This document shows, in pieces, positions 48,961-60,535 of a stretch of DNA of 64,000 nucleotides. A model generated the notes under the pieces. The model had not been told where the DNA came from. It saw only the letters and a list, made by a program, of their open reading frames with translations, and made no database searches. The stretch's first letter is position 1. Each line of letters opens with the position of its first letter. Made by a program: the position numbers and the translations under genes. Where the stretch lies: assembly GCF_036321535.1 (NCBI RefSeq), contig NC_087447.1, forward strand, positions 36,210,001 through 36,274,000, read 5' to 3'. The stretch comes from Camelus dromedarius (taxonomy: Eukaryota).

Positions 48961-50189
48961 TCACCTGCAGGCAGCCCACTTGTCTCTCTCCCCATTGCCT
49001 GACCTCCTCGGCTCTAGCCACCAGCCTTATGTTACGCTGGAGGAAACTTGAGGGTCTCTGGCTACTGCTGTCACGACTGGGAGGGCGGTCCCTGCATCGA
49101 GTTGCTGCCGATAACGCCAGGTAGGATTTCCAAACCCAAGAGTGTCCACGCGGTGGAGGCCAGCTTCCTGGCCTCTCCCGTGCCCTCTGCAGAACTCGTG
49201 GGGGCAGTTAGCATTCAGAGTGTGCTCTCCTATTGACACTGCAGGTCTATCAGATTCATTCTCTGAGAAGAAAGAAATGTGGCTAGAGCAGGGATTAATT
49301 GTGTTTTCAGTCCCAAGCGCATTGGCCAAGTGGTAAATGTGCAGTGGAGGAGGCGGCCAGGCGGGGAGGGGAGTTTGTGTGCATTCTGGTGATGGGAGAG
49401 CCAGCTGTCAGTGTAGAAGGGATAGGGGCCCACCCTGGGCCTCCCACCTTTGGCATCAAGTGGCCTCTGTACCCTTTGCCTGAACAGCCTTGGCCACCTT
49501 TCTTAGCTAGAGTCCTTTGTTGGGATCTGACAGCTTTATTAGCAGTAGGATGTTAATTTGAAAGGGAAATGAATATAGCAGTAACTTCATGGGCAGCAGG
49601 AGTCGCCTCTCTTGGGCCTTTTAGGGATGGCTGGCAATAGGCCAGCAGGGTGGACCAAGTTGTACAGGAAACAGACAGGGAATTGAGTCCTGCAGCACCT
49701 GTGGGAGTATCTGAAAATGGCTGGAGCCTGAAGCGTCCCTGGAGCCCGGCTCAGGCTGGCTGACCTCCTCCAGCTCTTTGCCCTCCCCTCCATGTCAGTA
49801 CCTGGAGATCCTGCCTTAATGTGCACTGCTTGATGTTCCAGCTTTACCTCCTTGGAAGGTCTGCACCCTTAAGACGAGATGCCTTGTTTCCTATTTGCTG
49901 TTTCCCCCTTCAGCGCCTGGTACACTGCTGGTGCATGATTGAAACGAAGCAAGCATTTATAAGGCAAAACCCAGAGGTTTTATGCATTTAGCAAAGAAAC
50001 TGTTCTTTGGCTTCCATTTAAAAATTCCACGTCATATGGTTTTTCTTCCTTTTGTAGAGGTGGGGGCTTTCCCTTCTGCCCCCTCCGTATTGTTATCCCA
50101 CAGACACTTTGAGGCTGGATGTCCTTGGTGCACTTACCTTGACAAATCGAAGCCCAGTGTCCCCGCTGTGAGACCTTAGCCCAGCGAAT

Positions 50190-50370
50190 GGCCATCCTTG
50201 GCTGCTGCTTGTTAGACTCCCTTGGAGAGCTTTTTTTTTTTTTTTTTTTAATTGATGCCTAAGACCCAACACCAGAGATTCTGATTTATTTTGTCTTGAT
50301 TGGGGCTCTGGCATCATTATTTTAAAAACATTCCACAGTTGATTCTAGTGTTCAGTAATCTTCCCAGAGT
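50190..50370. mobile_element. MER5A-like MITE
   Basis: 'ccagagattctgatttattttgtcttgattggggctctggcatcattattttaaaaacattcc'. Confidence 0.75.
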
Positions 50371-51374
50371 AAGGAGTAAGGTATTTGTTCCTGCCATGTC
50401 CTGTCAGCAGTTTCCCTTTATGGGCAGATGTGTGTTAGAAGCCTGTGATAGCTGTAGTAGTAGGCTGCTCCACATCCTTTATGGAAGCAGAAAGGATAAA
50501 ATGGCAAATGAGGACTGTGTCAGGCCTTTCGTGGGTGGTATCAGCTTGATGGGAAGGCCCTGTGGATGTATCTAGCATCCCTCTCTGTTACCAGGGTGTG
50601 TTCTGGCTGTCACTCTGCCTGGTAATTAAGCAGAAGACCTGGACAGGATGAGGATGCTTTAATTAAGGTGAAAGATAAAAAGAAACAAACAGGGTATGAG
50701 CCTGTTTATATTTAGTTCCTTAGCTAGGGCGTAGGTTTGCTTTTTTCTCAAACATTTGGAGCACAGGGCACAGGAGGGATGGATGGGTAGCAGGGCTGTG
50801 AGTGAATGGCAGAGGGTGGTGTTCAGTTTGGGGCTAGAAGACAGACAGATCAAAGCAGCAGGTACCTGCAGTGGATGTACGACTCTTCGTGGCTCAGTCA
50901 CCACCTGCAGGCTTGGGTCACTAAGGCCTCACTTCTACGAGTTTCAGTTTGAATGTTGAAGACTCCTCTTCCAGAGGAGACAATAGGAGACCGAGTTATT
51001 GCCATAAGTGAATGAGCCCCTTCACTAAGTGTGCTTCTGGATTTGCCTGTAGGTTACTTTACATGATTTGGGAATGGTTATGCTTCTTGTTGGTTAATGC
51101 ATTTATCCTCTTTGGGGTGCTTGTGGTCGGGGCTTTGTCCCATGAGTAGCCTCTCAGGTTGAGGGGCTTCATTGATAGTTTCAGCTGAGCCTTGGCTTCT
51201 GTCTCATGACTGAGCCATCTCTAGGCCCTCTCAGCCTTGGAGAAGTTGGAGCTCCCTTGAGAGAGCCCCCTATAGTTTTACCAGAGGTGAGGAGGCCTCT
51301 GGATTAACCCCTAGGGTGCTGATGGCACCATTTCTCAAATTCACAAATCCTGCTTAGAAAAAAAACTATACACA

Positions 51375-51437
51375 TTTCCTTCCTTCCTCCCTCCCTTCCT
51401 CCCTCTCTTCCTCCCTCCCTCCCTCCCTCCCTCCCTC

Positions 51438-51513
<76 letters not shown>
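51375..51513. repeat. 139-nt pure pyrimidine tract: CCTT/CCCT repeats plus (CTTT)18
   Basis: Read directly; (CTTT)18 at 51439-51510. Confidence 0.97.
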
Positions 51514-51519
51514 ATCTCA

Positions 51520-51668
51520 TGCTATTCAAACTCAACTTGCTTACCATCTGTAATAGATTCCCCTAGAGTGCTTGTTAAAAGCAGAATCTCTGGGAATGGA
51601 ACCTAGGAATTTGCATTTTAGCCAGTATTCCAGGACCTTATCAGGTACAGGAATGTTTGAGAATCACT
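51520..51668. mobile_element. MER5-like MITE
   Basis: 'gcttgttaaaagcagaatctctggga...ggaatttgcattttag...gtttgagaatcact'. Confidence 0.7.
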
Positions 51669-51924
51669 TTGTTTAAAAAAAAAAAAAAGTCACCCCTTTG
51701 TTTTGCAGAAGAAATATGACACAGAGTGAGTGGTTAAGTGGTTTGCCCAGGATCACTCAGTGAATTAGGGGTGAAGCCAAGCCTGGAAGGACCAAAGCCA
51801 AGTCCAGAATGTTAATATCACCTCATAGTTGTATAGAGCTTTGTTCCTTGAAAGCATAGCCCATCTTTCTGCCTCTCTAGTTTGCTAAGATGAAGAGTAT
51901 CATTCATCGTCTGTTTTGAACCAG

Positions 51925-52083
51925 ATGTGGGGAACTGTCCTGTGCATTGTAGGGCATTTAGCAGCATTTCTTGCTTCTACCCCCTGGATGTCAGTAGCAT
52001 CCACCAGTTGTGACAATCAAAACTGTCTCCAGGCATTACCAAATGTTCTTGGGGGGCAAAATCATCCCAGCTGAGAGCCACAG
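51925..52083. mobile_element. MER20 hAT-Charlie fragment
   Basis: 'ctgtcctgtgcattgtagggcatttagcagcat...cagttgtgacaatcaaaactgtctccaggcattaccaaatgt...gggggcaaaatc...tgagagccac'. Confidence 0.9.
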
Positions 52084-53469
52084 CTTTAACAGCAGAAGCC
52101 ATGTGTCAGGGATGTCCCCTGATGGCATCCTACGACATTTATTTTTATATCTGGGGACTTCACTTTTAAAATTTGCATAGCTGGCTTCTACCCGACTTGG
52201 CTACTGTGCTGGATTACATGCATTAATGAAGTCATGCTGAATATAAGCTCCCTCCTCTTCTGTTTTGGCCTGCAGAGGGAAGGCATGAATAAGCTTGGCA
52301 AGACCACTGGCTTTGGACTTTTGTCCGAGGTTTGCCTGCCAGCCTTGCACTTCCTCGCTGTGCAGAATCTTGGGCAAGTCCCTTGCCTTCTTGAGCCCCT
52401 TCCCTCATCTGATTATGATAGAAATAAATTGTTTGTTTTGAGTGAGAATTAAGTGACACCTTGACTGTGGAAGTGTTTACAAAACATTACTCACATATTA
52501 AGTGGCAATGGTAAGATTCAGGTCTAATTATCAGCACTTGAGGTTTTCTCAAATTCAAAAGGGTGGAACTCAGCACAGCAATCCTAGACTTGTATTTGGC
52601 CAAGTACATCACCCTTGTCGTCTTTCTGCCCTTAAAGTTAATCTTCCCCTCTCTCACTTTGGATTTAATCTCCTTCTTCTTGGCGTCTGCAAGATTAGTT
52701 GTTAGTTTATCATCTGTGACTGGCAAGACGCAGTTTCTTTCTATGGTGAGGTTTCAGAAGGGCTGTCAAATAGTTATGAAAATCAAAACCAGTGCCTTCT
52801 TTTCCCTCATTGCCAGTACCTAGAGAGTGCATGGTAATTGGTTCACGAGGCCAAAGTGCAGGCGGTGAAGCCAGCATCAGCCTGCAAAGAGTTGCATGCA
52901 GATGAACTTGGAAATTAAAGGTCTTTGATCTGTTGGCACAGCAAAACTCAGCTAGTCCAGGACTTTATCTTGCAGACAAGGAAACTGAGCCCAGAGAGGG
53001 AACATGTCTGAGGTGTAACAGGGGCAGAGTGAGATTAAGGCCTGGGCTTCCCAAGTGCCAGCTAAGCTCTTAGCCTGTATTCACACGTGTCCAGTTTGCT
53101 GCCTCGGACGGTGTGAGAACCAGACCCGGCTCTGTATCCAGGGTGCTATGGCTGCGTTCTGTTTTACTTCAGATAATGCCTGGAGGTCTCATGAAATCTT
53201 CCTTTTTTGCTCAGTAATTTATGGATGGAACTTCACCAGAATTCACACAGTACATAGTATTCACTGATTCTTATAGCAGGACATTTTGAGGGGAAAAGTC
53301 ACCAGTTTCAGTGTGAACATACTGAAGAGGAAAAAGAAGGAGAAGCCGAATCCCCTCTCCTTTCTTCATTCACCTCAAACACCACCCCTCGGCTAAACGT
53401 TTTCTCCCACTATGAGGTGCTCCTCTGTGATCATCACTGCTGTATTGTTAGTATTCTGAATACTTGCTG

Positions 53470-53680
53470 CTGTTTATTGAGTGTCTGCTGCATGCCAGTG
53501 CGCATGAAGTGTTTACCACTATGTGCATCTCAGTTGATCCACCCAAAATCTCTCCTAAGAGGGTACGAGAGCTGTCTCTGTTTTACAAATGGGAAACAGA
53601 TTAAGGAACTTTCTCAAGCTCACAGAGTGGGAGGGTGAGCTGAGATTCAAACCCTTCCAATTGATGAAGCCTGAATAGGC
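53470..53680 (-). mobile_element. MIR SINE
   Basis: 'tttattgagtgtctgctgcatgccag...ttttacaaatgggaaacag...gctgagattcaaaccc'. Confidence 0.8.
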
Positions 53681-53812
53681 TTGTTCCTGATCTGTAGTTC
53701 CTGACTCCCACAGGGGCAGTTACTGGGAACCCACCAGCCCGCTCCTCGCCTCCAGCCAAAGTCCATGCCTTCAAGGACCGACTGTTTGTCACATGGCCAG
53801 TTTGAACCTCTA

Positions 53813-53913
53813 TGCTTTACTTTTTTTTTTTTTAAATGGAGGTACTGAGGATTGAACCCAGGACCTTGTACATGCTAAGCATGTGCTCTACCACTGAGCT
53901 ATACCCACCCATC
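53813..53913 (-). mobile_element. tRNA-Ala-derived short SINE (camelid vic-1 type)
   Basis: Minus strand GGGTATAGCTCAGTGGTAGAGCACATGCTTAGCATGTACAAGGTCCTGGGTTCAATCCTCAGTACCTCCA plus A tail; perfect 16-bp TSD CCAGTTTGAACCTCTA at 53797-53812 and 53914-53929. Confidence 0.95.
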
Positions 53914-54689
53914 CCAGTTTGAACCTCTAGAGCTGCCCTGACTGGGTAGCACTCAGCTCACTAGGTCACCACCTGCCCCTCGAGCATCCCCTCTCAGTCT
54001 GTGCCAAGAGTCTGAATGAGAAAAGCTGTCCCCGACTCAGAAACCTAGGGGCCAGCCGTCAGGGGAGGCATGGCCCTTAGAGACTGAGGCCTGGATTTTG
54101 GTTGGATGGATCCCATAACCTTCTGGAACCTCATCTTCCTCAGTGATAAAGTGGAGGCCATTCCTGTCTCACAGTTTTGTTTTTCTGTTTTCGTTTCTAT
54201 TTTTCTGAGAGTGTTAAATGAAACACTTCATTTTGAAAGTGTTTACAGACTCTGGGTTTAGGTGGGATTGTGAGACTAACGATTACTCAGTGCCTAATCC
54301 ATCACTGCCATGATTCCAGAGGAGGGTAGAGTTGAAACCTGGAGGGAGAATGTTCAAGGGAATGAAATGCAGGGACAAGAAGAAGCAGACTAATGTCCCT
54401 TTGCCAGTCGTTTCAAATGTCTTCTCACCCCGCCTTCTACCTTCACGCAGCGCCAGTGCACCATATGTTTCCACTTCCCTACCTGCTCTGGAGGAAGTGA
54501 TCACAGGCACTGAGGGTGGACTGGGAGGTTCCTGCAGGTCCCCCCTGCAGACACTCTCCAGAGGGCCCCATCCTGCTGTTTCCTGGGGTGAAGAGAGCTG
54601 CTTCGGGGGACTTGGGTTGTTTAAAGGGAAATTGCTATTAATAGATACTTTGGATTATGGTGACCTTGAGAAAAGCATAGAATTAAAAA

Positions 54690-55500
54690 AAAATTTTTTT
54701 TTCTTCATGAATGTAGTATAACTACATTCCATCAAAAATTAGATAATAAAGAAGAGGGGGAAATGCACCCATATTCGTTTCACCTTAATGTATTTTTTCT
54801 GGATTTTTTGGGGGGGAATAATCATTTTTATCTGTTTTAAATAGGTGTACATAACATGGCACACATTTCACAGGGTCTAAAGCAGGGAACAATAAGTCTT
54901 CTTATAGAACATGTTTTTAGTCACTTTGTACATGTGATTTTGACTCTTTCGGTTAACATTACTTGATCTTCATATGCTTAAACATGTCTTCTTCCCCATT
55001 TTAAAGATTTTGAAAAATTTTGCAAGTAATCTATGCAAAATATATTTATAAATTTTTATTCTTACATAAGTGGACAGCAAAATACCAAATTGGTAACACT
55101 GATGACATGTTACAGGTGCCTTTCATTTTTATTTTTCATGCTTTTATTTCTAAATTTTCTACAGTGAGCAGAAATTATTAGAGAAGTATGCAGAGGAGAT
55201 ACTGCCCATAATCTTAGAATGAACATTTTGGCTTATTTTTATCAAGTATTTATTCTTTGCATTCTATGAACATAGTTGAGATTATATTTTATGTCAGCGT
55301 GGATCCTGCTTGGTTTTCATTTAACATAAGTGTTTATTAAGCTTAGGTTCTTTATAAACTTTGTTTTTAATGGCTGTACCATATTCTATCAAGTAGAAAC
55401 ACTATATTTTATTTAATCATTCCCTCGTGGTTGGACAGTTAGGTAACTTCCAGTTTTTACTGTTAAATAGTGCCATAGTGAGCAACCTAGAAAATACAAT
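54690..55500 (-). mobile_element. L1ME-like fragments
   Basis: 'ttttaatggctgtaccatattctatc...tttaatcattccctcgtggttggacagttaggtaacttccagttttt'. Confidence 0.7.
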
Positions 55501-57057
55501 GTTTCGAAGTGTCAACCCTGAAAAAAATCAGTTCGGAGTTCAGAGGAACTATATTCTCAATGGATAGGTGTGCAGCAAGCACTCAGCAGTTGCTTGTGCT
55601 TAGTGAATGAGGGGAATGAGTGAAGGAGTATTCTAGAAATGATTTCAATAAATGATAACATGAAAGAATAAAGAATGTTTACAGCAGTGAAGGCCTGTCA
55701 CGGGACCCCAGAATGGACTGCGAAATCCAAACCTGGCATCCCCTGATAGCTCTAAGGTTTTTGAGAGGGTTCTGCAGTTTGGGCTGTGAAAGGTGTTGTG
55801 CGGAAGATAGTGATCTGCAAAATTGTCCAGTAGGAATAGAGAGCTTGCTCTGCCTTTGTGCCACGTTGAAGGTCAAGTGGCACTGATGCCTTTCCAGGCT
55901 CTGAAGGAAGGGAACCTGGCAGGAAGGACAGAAACCTAAAGGTGGTTTGTGGTCTGACTGCGTGCTGCCCAAACAGCTGCTGGAATCAAATCAATTTATG
56001 GAAGGCTGAGAGGGTTTTCTTGACTTGACTCTCTCTTTCGGAATTGGAGAGGAAAATAGAATTTCTCTAAAAAGTGTCTCTGTGCCTGGAGCACTCTGTA
56101 ATTTGGATCTTGTCAGAACAGCCTGTCTTTATTTTGAGTTTGGAACCACTGACTCCCCTTTTCTTTACACTGAGCTATTTATATGCCAAAAAAGCACAAG
56201 CAGAGGCCTTTTCACCTTCTCACTCACGACTTCAAAAAATAAATAAAGGAAAGCAGCATTCTCTAGACTCCATAATTTCTGAGCATTAGCAACAAGGAAA
56301 TGAGAAATACACTAATGTAGACGTCTCTGCGGTGGTGCTGGCCTGTGGTTGGGCAGTGAGAAGCTCGGCTGCTGGGGCCTGCTGTGCTGTTTCCTAGCCT
56401 TTCCTGGGACTCTGGGGAAGGGAGTCCTCATTCCCCTAGCTGAGTATACATCCCAAACATGTTCCCTTTGTCCATTTATTCATTCCATTCTATTTGGTTC
56501 ACTTCAGTTGATGATCACCTAATGTCGTATGTCATGCAGTGTCAAGGCTATAGTGATACAACTGTGACTAAGACTTCCTGTTTCAGTCAGAGTTCAATGG
56601 CAGTAATGAGAAACTAGCTCTTCTAAACAGACCTGGATTGAGTACAGTGAATTAGGTGCTTACATCATTACGGGGATGGTGAAGGAGCAGGATCTAAGCT
56701 GACCTGTGGTAGGGACTCTTAAAACAAGACTCTGAAAACGGTCCACTGATAACTGTTTTCTTTTTCCCTTTTTCTCCCTCTTTTGAACTCCCCCTCTCCC
56801 CTACTCCCAGCTTCTCTGTCCCAGATCTTAGGCTGTCCCTTTTTGGGACTAATGGATAGTAAAGTATTAATGATTGAATCTGTTGTTAATAATAATGGCT
56901 GTTACTTGCTGACCCTCACTGAGTGTCCAGCTGTGTGTGCTAAGTCCTTTATATGCCTTCTTAAGTGACTTACCCAAGATAATTCAGCTAATAAGCAACA
57001 TTTGAATTCAGGCAGTATCCTGGTCCAGAGGTACTTGTAGTTAAACTAAAAGCTGGG

Positions 57058-57830
57058 CCAAAGAGCAAATGGCCAATAAGCACATGAAAAGATGCTTAGC
57101 CTCAATAGCCAGAAAGAAAATGCAAATCAAAACCATAATGAGATACTATTTCACACACACTAGAATGTCTACATTCAAAGAGACAGATGCTTTAAAAGTG
57201 CTGGTACGGATGTGGAGAAATTGGAACACTAATACACTGCTGGTGAGAATGTGCAACACTTTGGAAACTAGTTTGCAGGTCTTCCAAAGTTTAAACATAG
57301 AGTCACATATGTTTCATGAATTCTACCCAAGAGAAATGAAAACATATATCCACATAAAGACTCATATGTAGATGTTCATAGAAACATTATTCATAATATC
57401 CCTAAAGTGGAAATAACCCACATATCCACCAGCCAGTGAGTAGATAAATAAAATGTGGTGTATCTGTGCAGTGAAATATTATTTGGCAATAAAAAGAGTA
57501 AAGTATTGATAAATGCTACATGGGTGAACCTGGAAAGAAACAGTTCACAAAAGGTGACCTAGTGTATTATTCCATTTATATGAAATGTTCAGAATAGGAA
57601 AATCTGTAGAGATAGAAAGTAGATTAGTGGTTGCCTAGGGCTGGGAGGAATGATGGCTAAATGGTATGCGTTTTATTTTTAGCGTGATGAAAGTGTTCTA
57701 AAATTGGGGTTATGGTTGCACAATTCTGACTATACTAAAGACCATTGCATTGTACACTTTAAATGGGTGAATTGTTTGACATGTGAATTATGTCTCAATA
57801 AATTGTTACCAGACCAAAAAGAGAGAGAAG
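57058..57830 (+). mobile_element. L1 (L1MB-like) ORF2 C-terminal remnant and 3' UTR
   Basis: ORF 57069-57371 begins MANKHMKRCLASIARKKMQIKTIMRYYFTHTRM, a decayed L1 ORF2p C-terminal motif; ends 'tgtgaattatgtctcaataaa'; candidate TSD AAAAGCTGGG 57048-57057 / AAAAGCTAGG 57831-57840. Confidence 0.93.
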
Positions 57831-59252
57831 AAAAGCTAGGAAGGACAATCCTTACCCAAAGAAATGAATTGCTAATGATGGAATTTAGGAAATAGTAAAT
57901 AAATCCCATACAGTTCTCTTAAACTTTGGCTTATATTAGTTTGTCCTCGCTAGAATGTATGTAATTCAGCTTAATATTAAATACTTAGTTCCCAGTTGAC
58001 TGTCTGGTTGGTGGACTTAGAGGTGTTTTTTCCTCAGCTGTCTGCTTTTCTACTTTTCTTGATTTTTCCATCAGGGGTATCTATTACTTTTTATATGTAG
58101 GGAACCAAAAGTAATGTCATATGTATTCCATTGAGTTATGCAAAAAGAATATCATGACTTCCACCCAGTATGCCATTTCAACTAGTGTGAGAATAGTTGT
58201 CCTAGAGAAAAACATTTCTGGGGGGAAAAAAGTGAGAGGTCCCACAAGTATTTGTTCCTGAGTTGAGCTGATGTCAGAATCCATTCACTTGAAGCCTCCT
58301 CTTTGAGTATATCCAAGGACCACCGAGTTGTTAATGATCACAGTGCTGTGTACAATTTTGTACCCAACTTTATTTAGAGGGAAAGCTGGTGGTGGTGGGG
58401 GAAGCAGTGAGGATAGATGGTCAAATTGAATACTAGTGAAAGGGAGAGATGTCGTGGGGTCTGTGCCCTTAGGTAATTTGTTCCATTGCTGAGACCAGCA
58501 TTTCATAGTCTAGTTGACTACTCTAACCCAGTGAAATACATCATGAAAGTTACAAGGCCTTCACAGAAGGGGAATTCACTGTAGCCCCCTCCTTTCTACC
58601 TAAGCTAAGACCATACTTATGTTTTGTTCTATTTTTTTTAATAGGATTACGGATCAGTGAAGTGAAATGTATTGAGATCCAGCTGTATGTTTGAGGGCAG
58701 AATTTGCTCTCAAGCAATCAGAGTAAAGCTGAGGATTTACAACCCAGGAGAGGCTTAAATGTGGAGAGTTTTGTTCCCATTACACATTAAGTAGGCAACT
58801 TGGAGCATGACCTGGATTTCTCAGGCTGGAAGCAGCAAGCTCTGGGCCCTGAGGCCACCTTGTCTACTGTGTACACGTGTGTTTGTCCACAAGTAAGGTC
58901 CAGGTGCCTTCCAGGTAAAACAGGGAGTGAGAAGTAAGGGCCAGGGAGCAGGTCTACTATGTGCCTGACCCCGGACCACCCCCCTGCCACTTCACTCCAG
59001 TGAGCCTGCCAGCACTTTTCTGCACACCCCTGGCACCCAGCTCTCTTTCCCTGCTGACACCTGGGACCTTTAAGAGCAGGCCTGAAACAGCACACAAGTA
59101 TGGTAGAAAGAGAAATCTCAGAGGGCAAGGTTCAGGTCCTCAGTCTACCACTTACAAGAGCTCTTTGTCTTTGGGCAAATCACTTATCCTTCTTAAGGTT
59201 TTCCTAATCATTAATAGAAATAATGCTATGCCTTCCATGCTCGTGGTCAGTA

Positions 59253-59556
59253 TGGCCATACCTTGGAGATGTTGCAGGTTCAGTTCCAGACCACTGCAAT
59301 AAAGTGAATATTGCCATAAAGAGACTCTTGCAAATTTTTTGCCTTCCCAGTGCATGTAAAAGTTATGTTTACACTATACTGTAGTCTGTTAAGGGTGCCA
59401 CAGCATTATGTCTTAAACAATGTACATATCTTAATTTAAAAATAATGCTGTTGGAAAATGATGCTGATAGACTTGTTTAATGCAGGGTTGCCACAGACCT
59501 TCAATTTGTAAAAAAAAAAATAAAATAAGGCAATATTTGAAAACGAGGTATGCCTG
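59253..59556. mobile_element. Tigger1-derived internally deleted TcMar transposon, nested in a MIR (approx. 59095-59615)
   Basis: 'cataccttggagatgttgcaggttcagttccagaccactgcaataaagtgaatat' and 'aaaacgaggtatgcctg' are the two Tigger1 ends; TA on the left flank; MIR resumes at 'ttaaatgaaaatcatatggaaaatgctttgcacagtgcc'. Confidence 0.9.
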
Positions 59557-60329
59557 TCTTAAATGAAAATCATATGGAAAATGCTTTGCACAGTGCCGGG
59601 GACACATTAAGCATTACCTCTTTCCCATTGCACTTTTCTTCACCTCCCCTTTCCCTCTCCTGGTTCCTACACTGGGCTGGCTAAGAAAGTCATCCTATTT
59701 TCTCCACTTCCCGAGGCCCCCTGTCAGTATCATTAAAGTATTTTCTCTCCCACCTACCTATTTTTGTGCTAAATTTTTGTCTCTATTGAACACATTTCTC
59801 CAAAATAAAACCCATTGAAGCAAAAAACTGTTTATTCTAGAATAACCTGTCCAATAGAACTTTCTAAGATAATGAAATGTTCTCAGTGCTCTTGTCCTTT
59901 TACTCTTTCAACTTAGGTTTTAATAGATTTGTGAAGATCCATGAAAAATCCTGTGAGATCTTGATTTGTTTCATGTTGAATTTATAGATTAATTTAGGGC
60001 AGAAGCAACAACTTTACAACATTGGGGTTTTCTAGCTCTCTTTTCATTTAGGCCTTAAAGTATTTTTCAGTAAACCCACATTTTTCACCCTATCAGAGGG
60101 TCATACAGACCAAAGGATCTTGGTTGGGTGGCCATGAGGACGGTGAACGAGAGCAGGGTCTGGAAGTGGGGAAGTCAGTGAGGAGGCGGTTGGAACAGCC
60201 CAGGGGAGACAAGATCAAAGCTTGGATTTAGGATGTGAGACGGGAAGAGCCGAGACATGCCAGAGACATTTCCTTGGAAGAGTGGACAGGACCTTACTAA
60301 GTCTTTCAGGGCAAAATAAGGCAGAGGAA

Positions 60330-60535
60330 TAACACTTGCTGCCGTAACTCACTGTGTACCAGGCAAAACGCCGGCTTGTTGTGCTCCTGTCTTCATTCCT
60401 TCTCGCAGTGCTCAGATAGGCACCATGACTTCTATCCTCCAGGTGAGGAAACTACATCTCAGAGAGGTTAAGTAACTCACCCAAGGTCACCCTGGGGAAC
60501 AAAGCAAGTATTCAGATCTTGATCTGCTCCCACCC
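60330..60535 (-). mobile_element. MIR SINE (preceded by an antisense L2 piece, approx. 60140-60300)
   Basis: 'ggtgaggaaactacatctcagagaggttaagtaactcacccaaggtcac'. Confidence 0.85.

Noticed and set aside
57069..57371. 100-aa ORF with real protein similarity
   Set aside because: Decayed, frameshifted L1 ORF2p C-terminus within a 5'-truncated element, not a host gene
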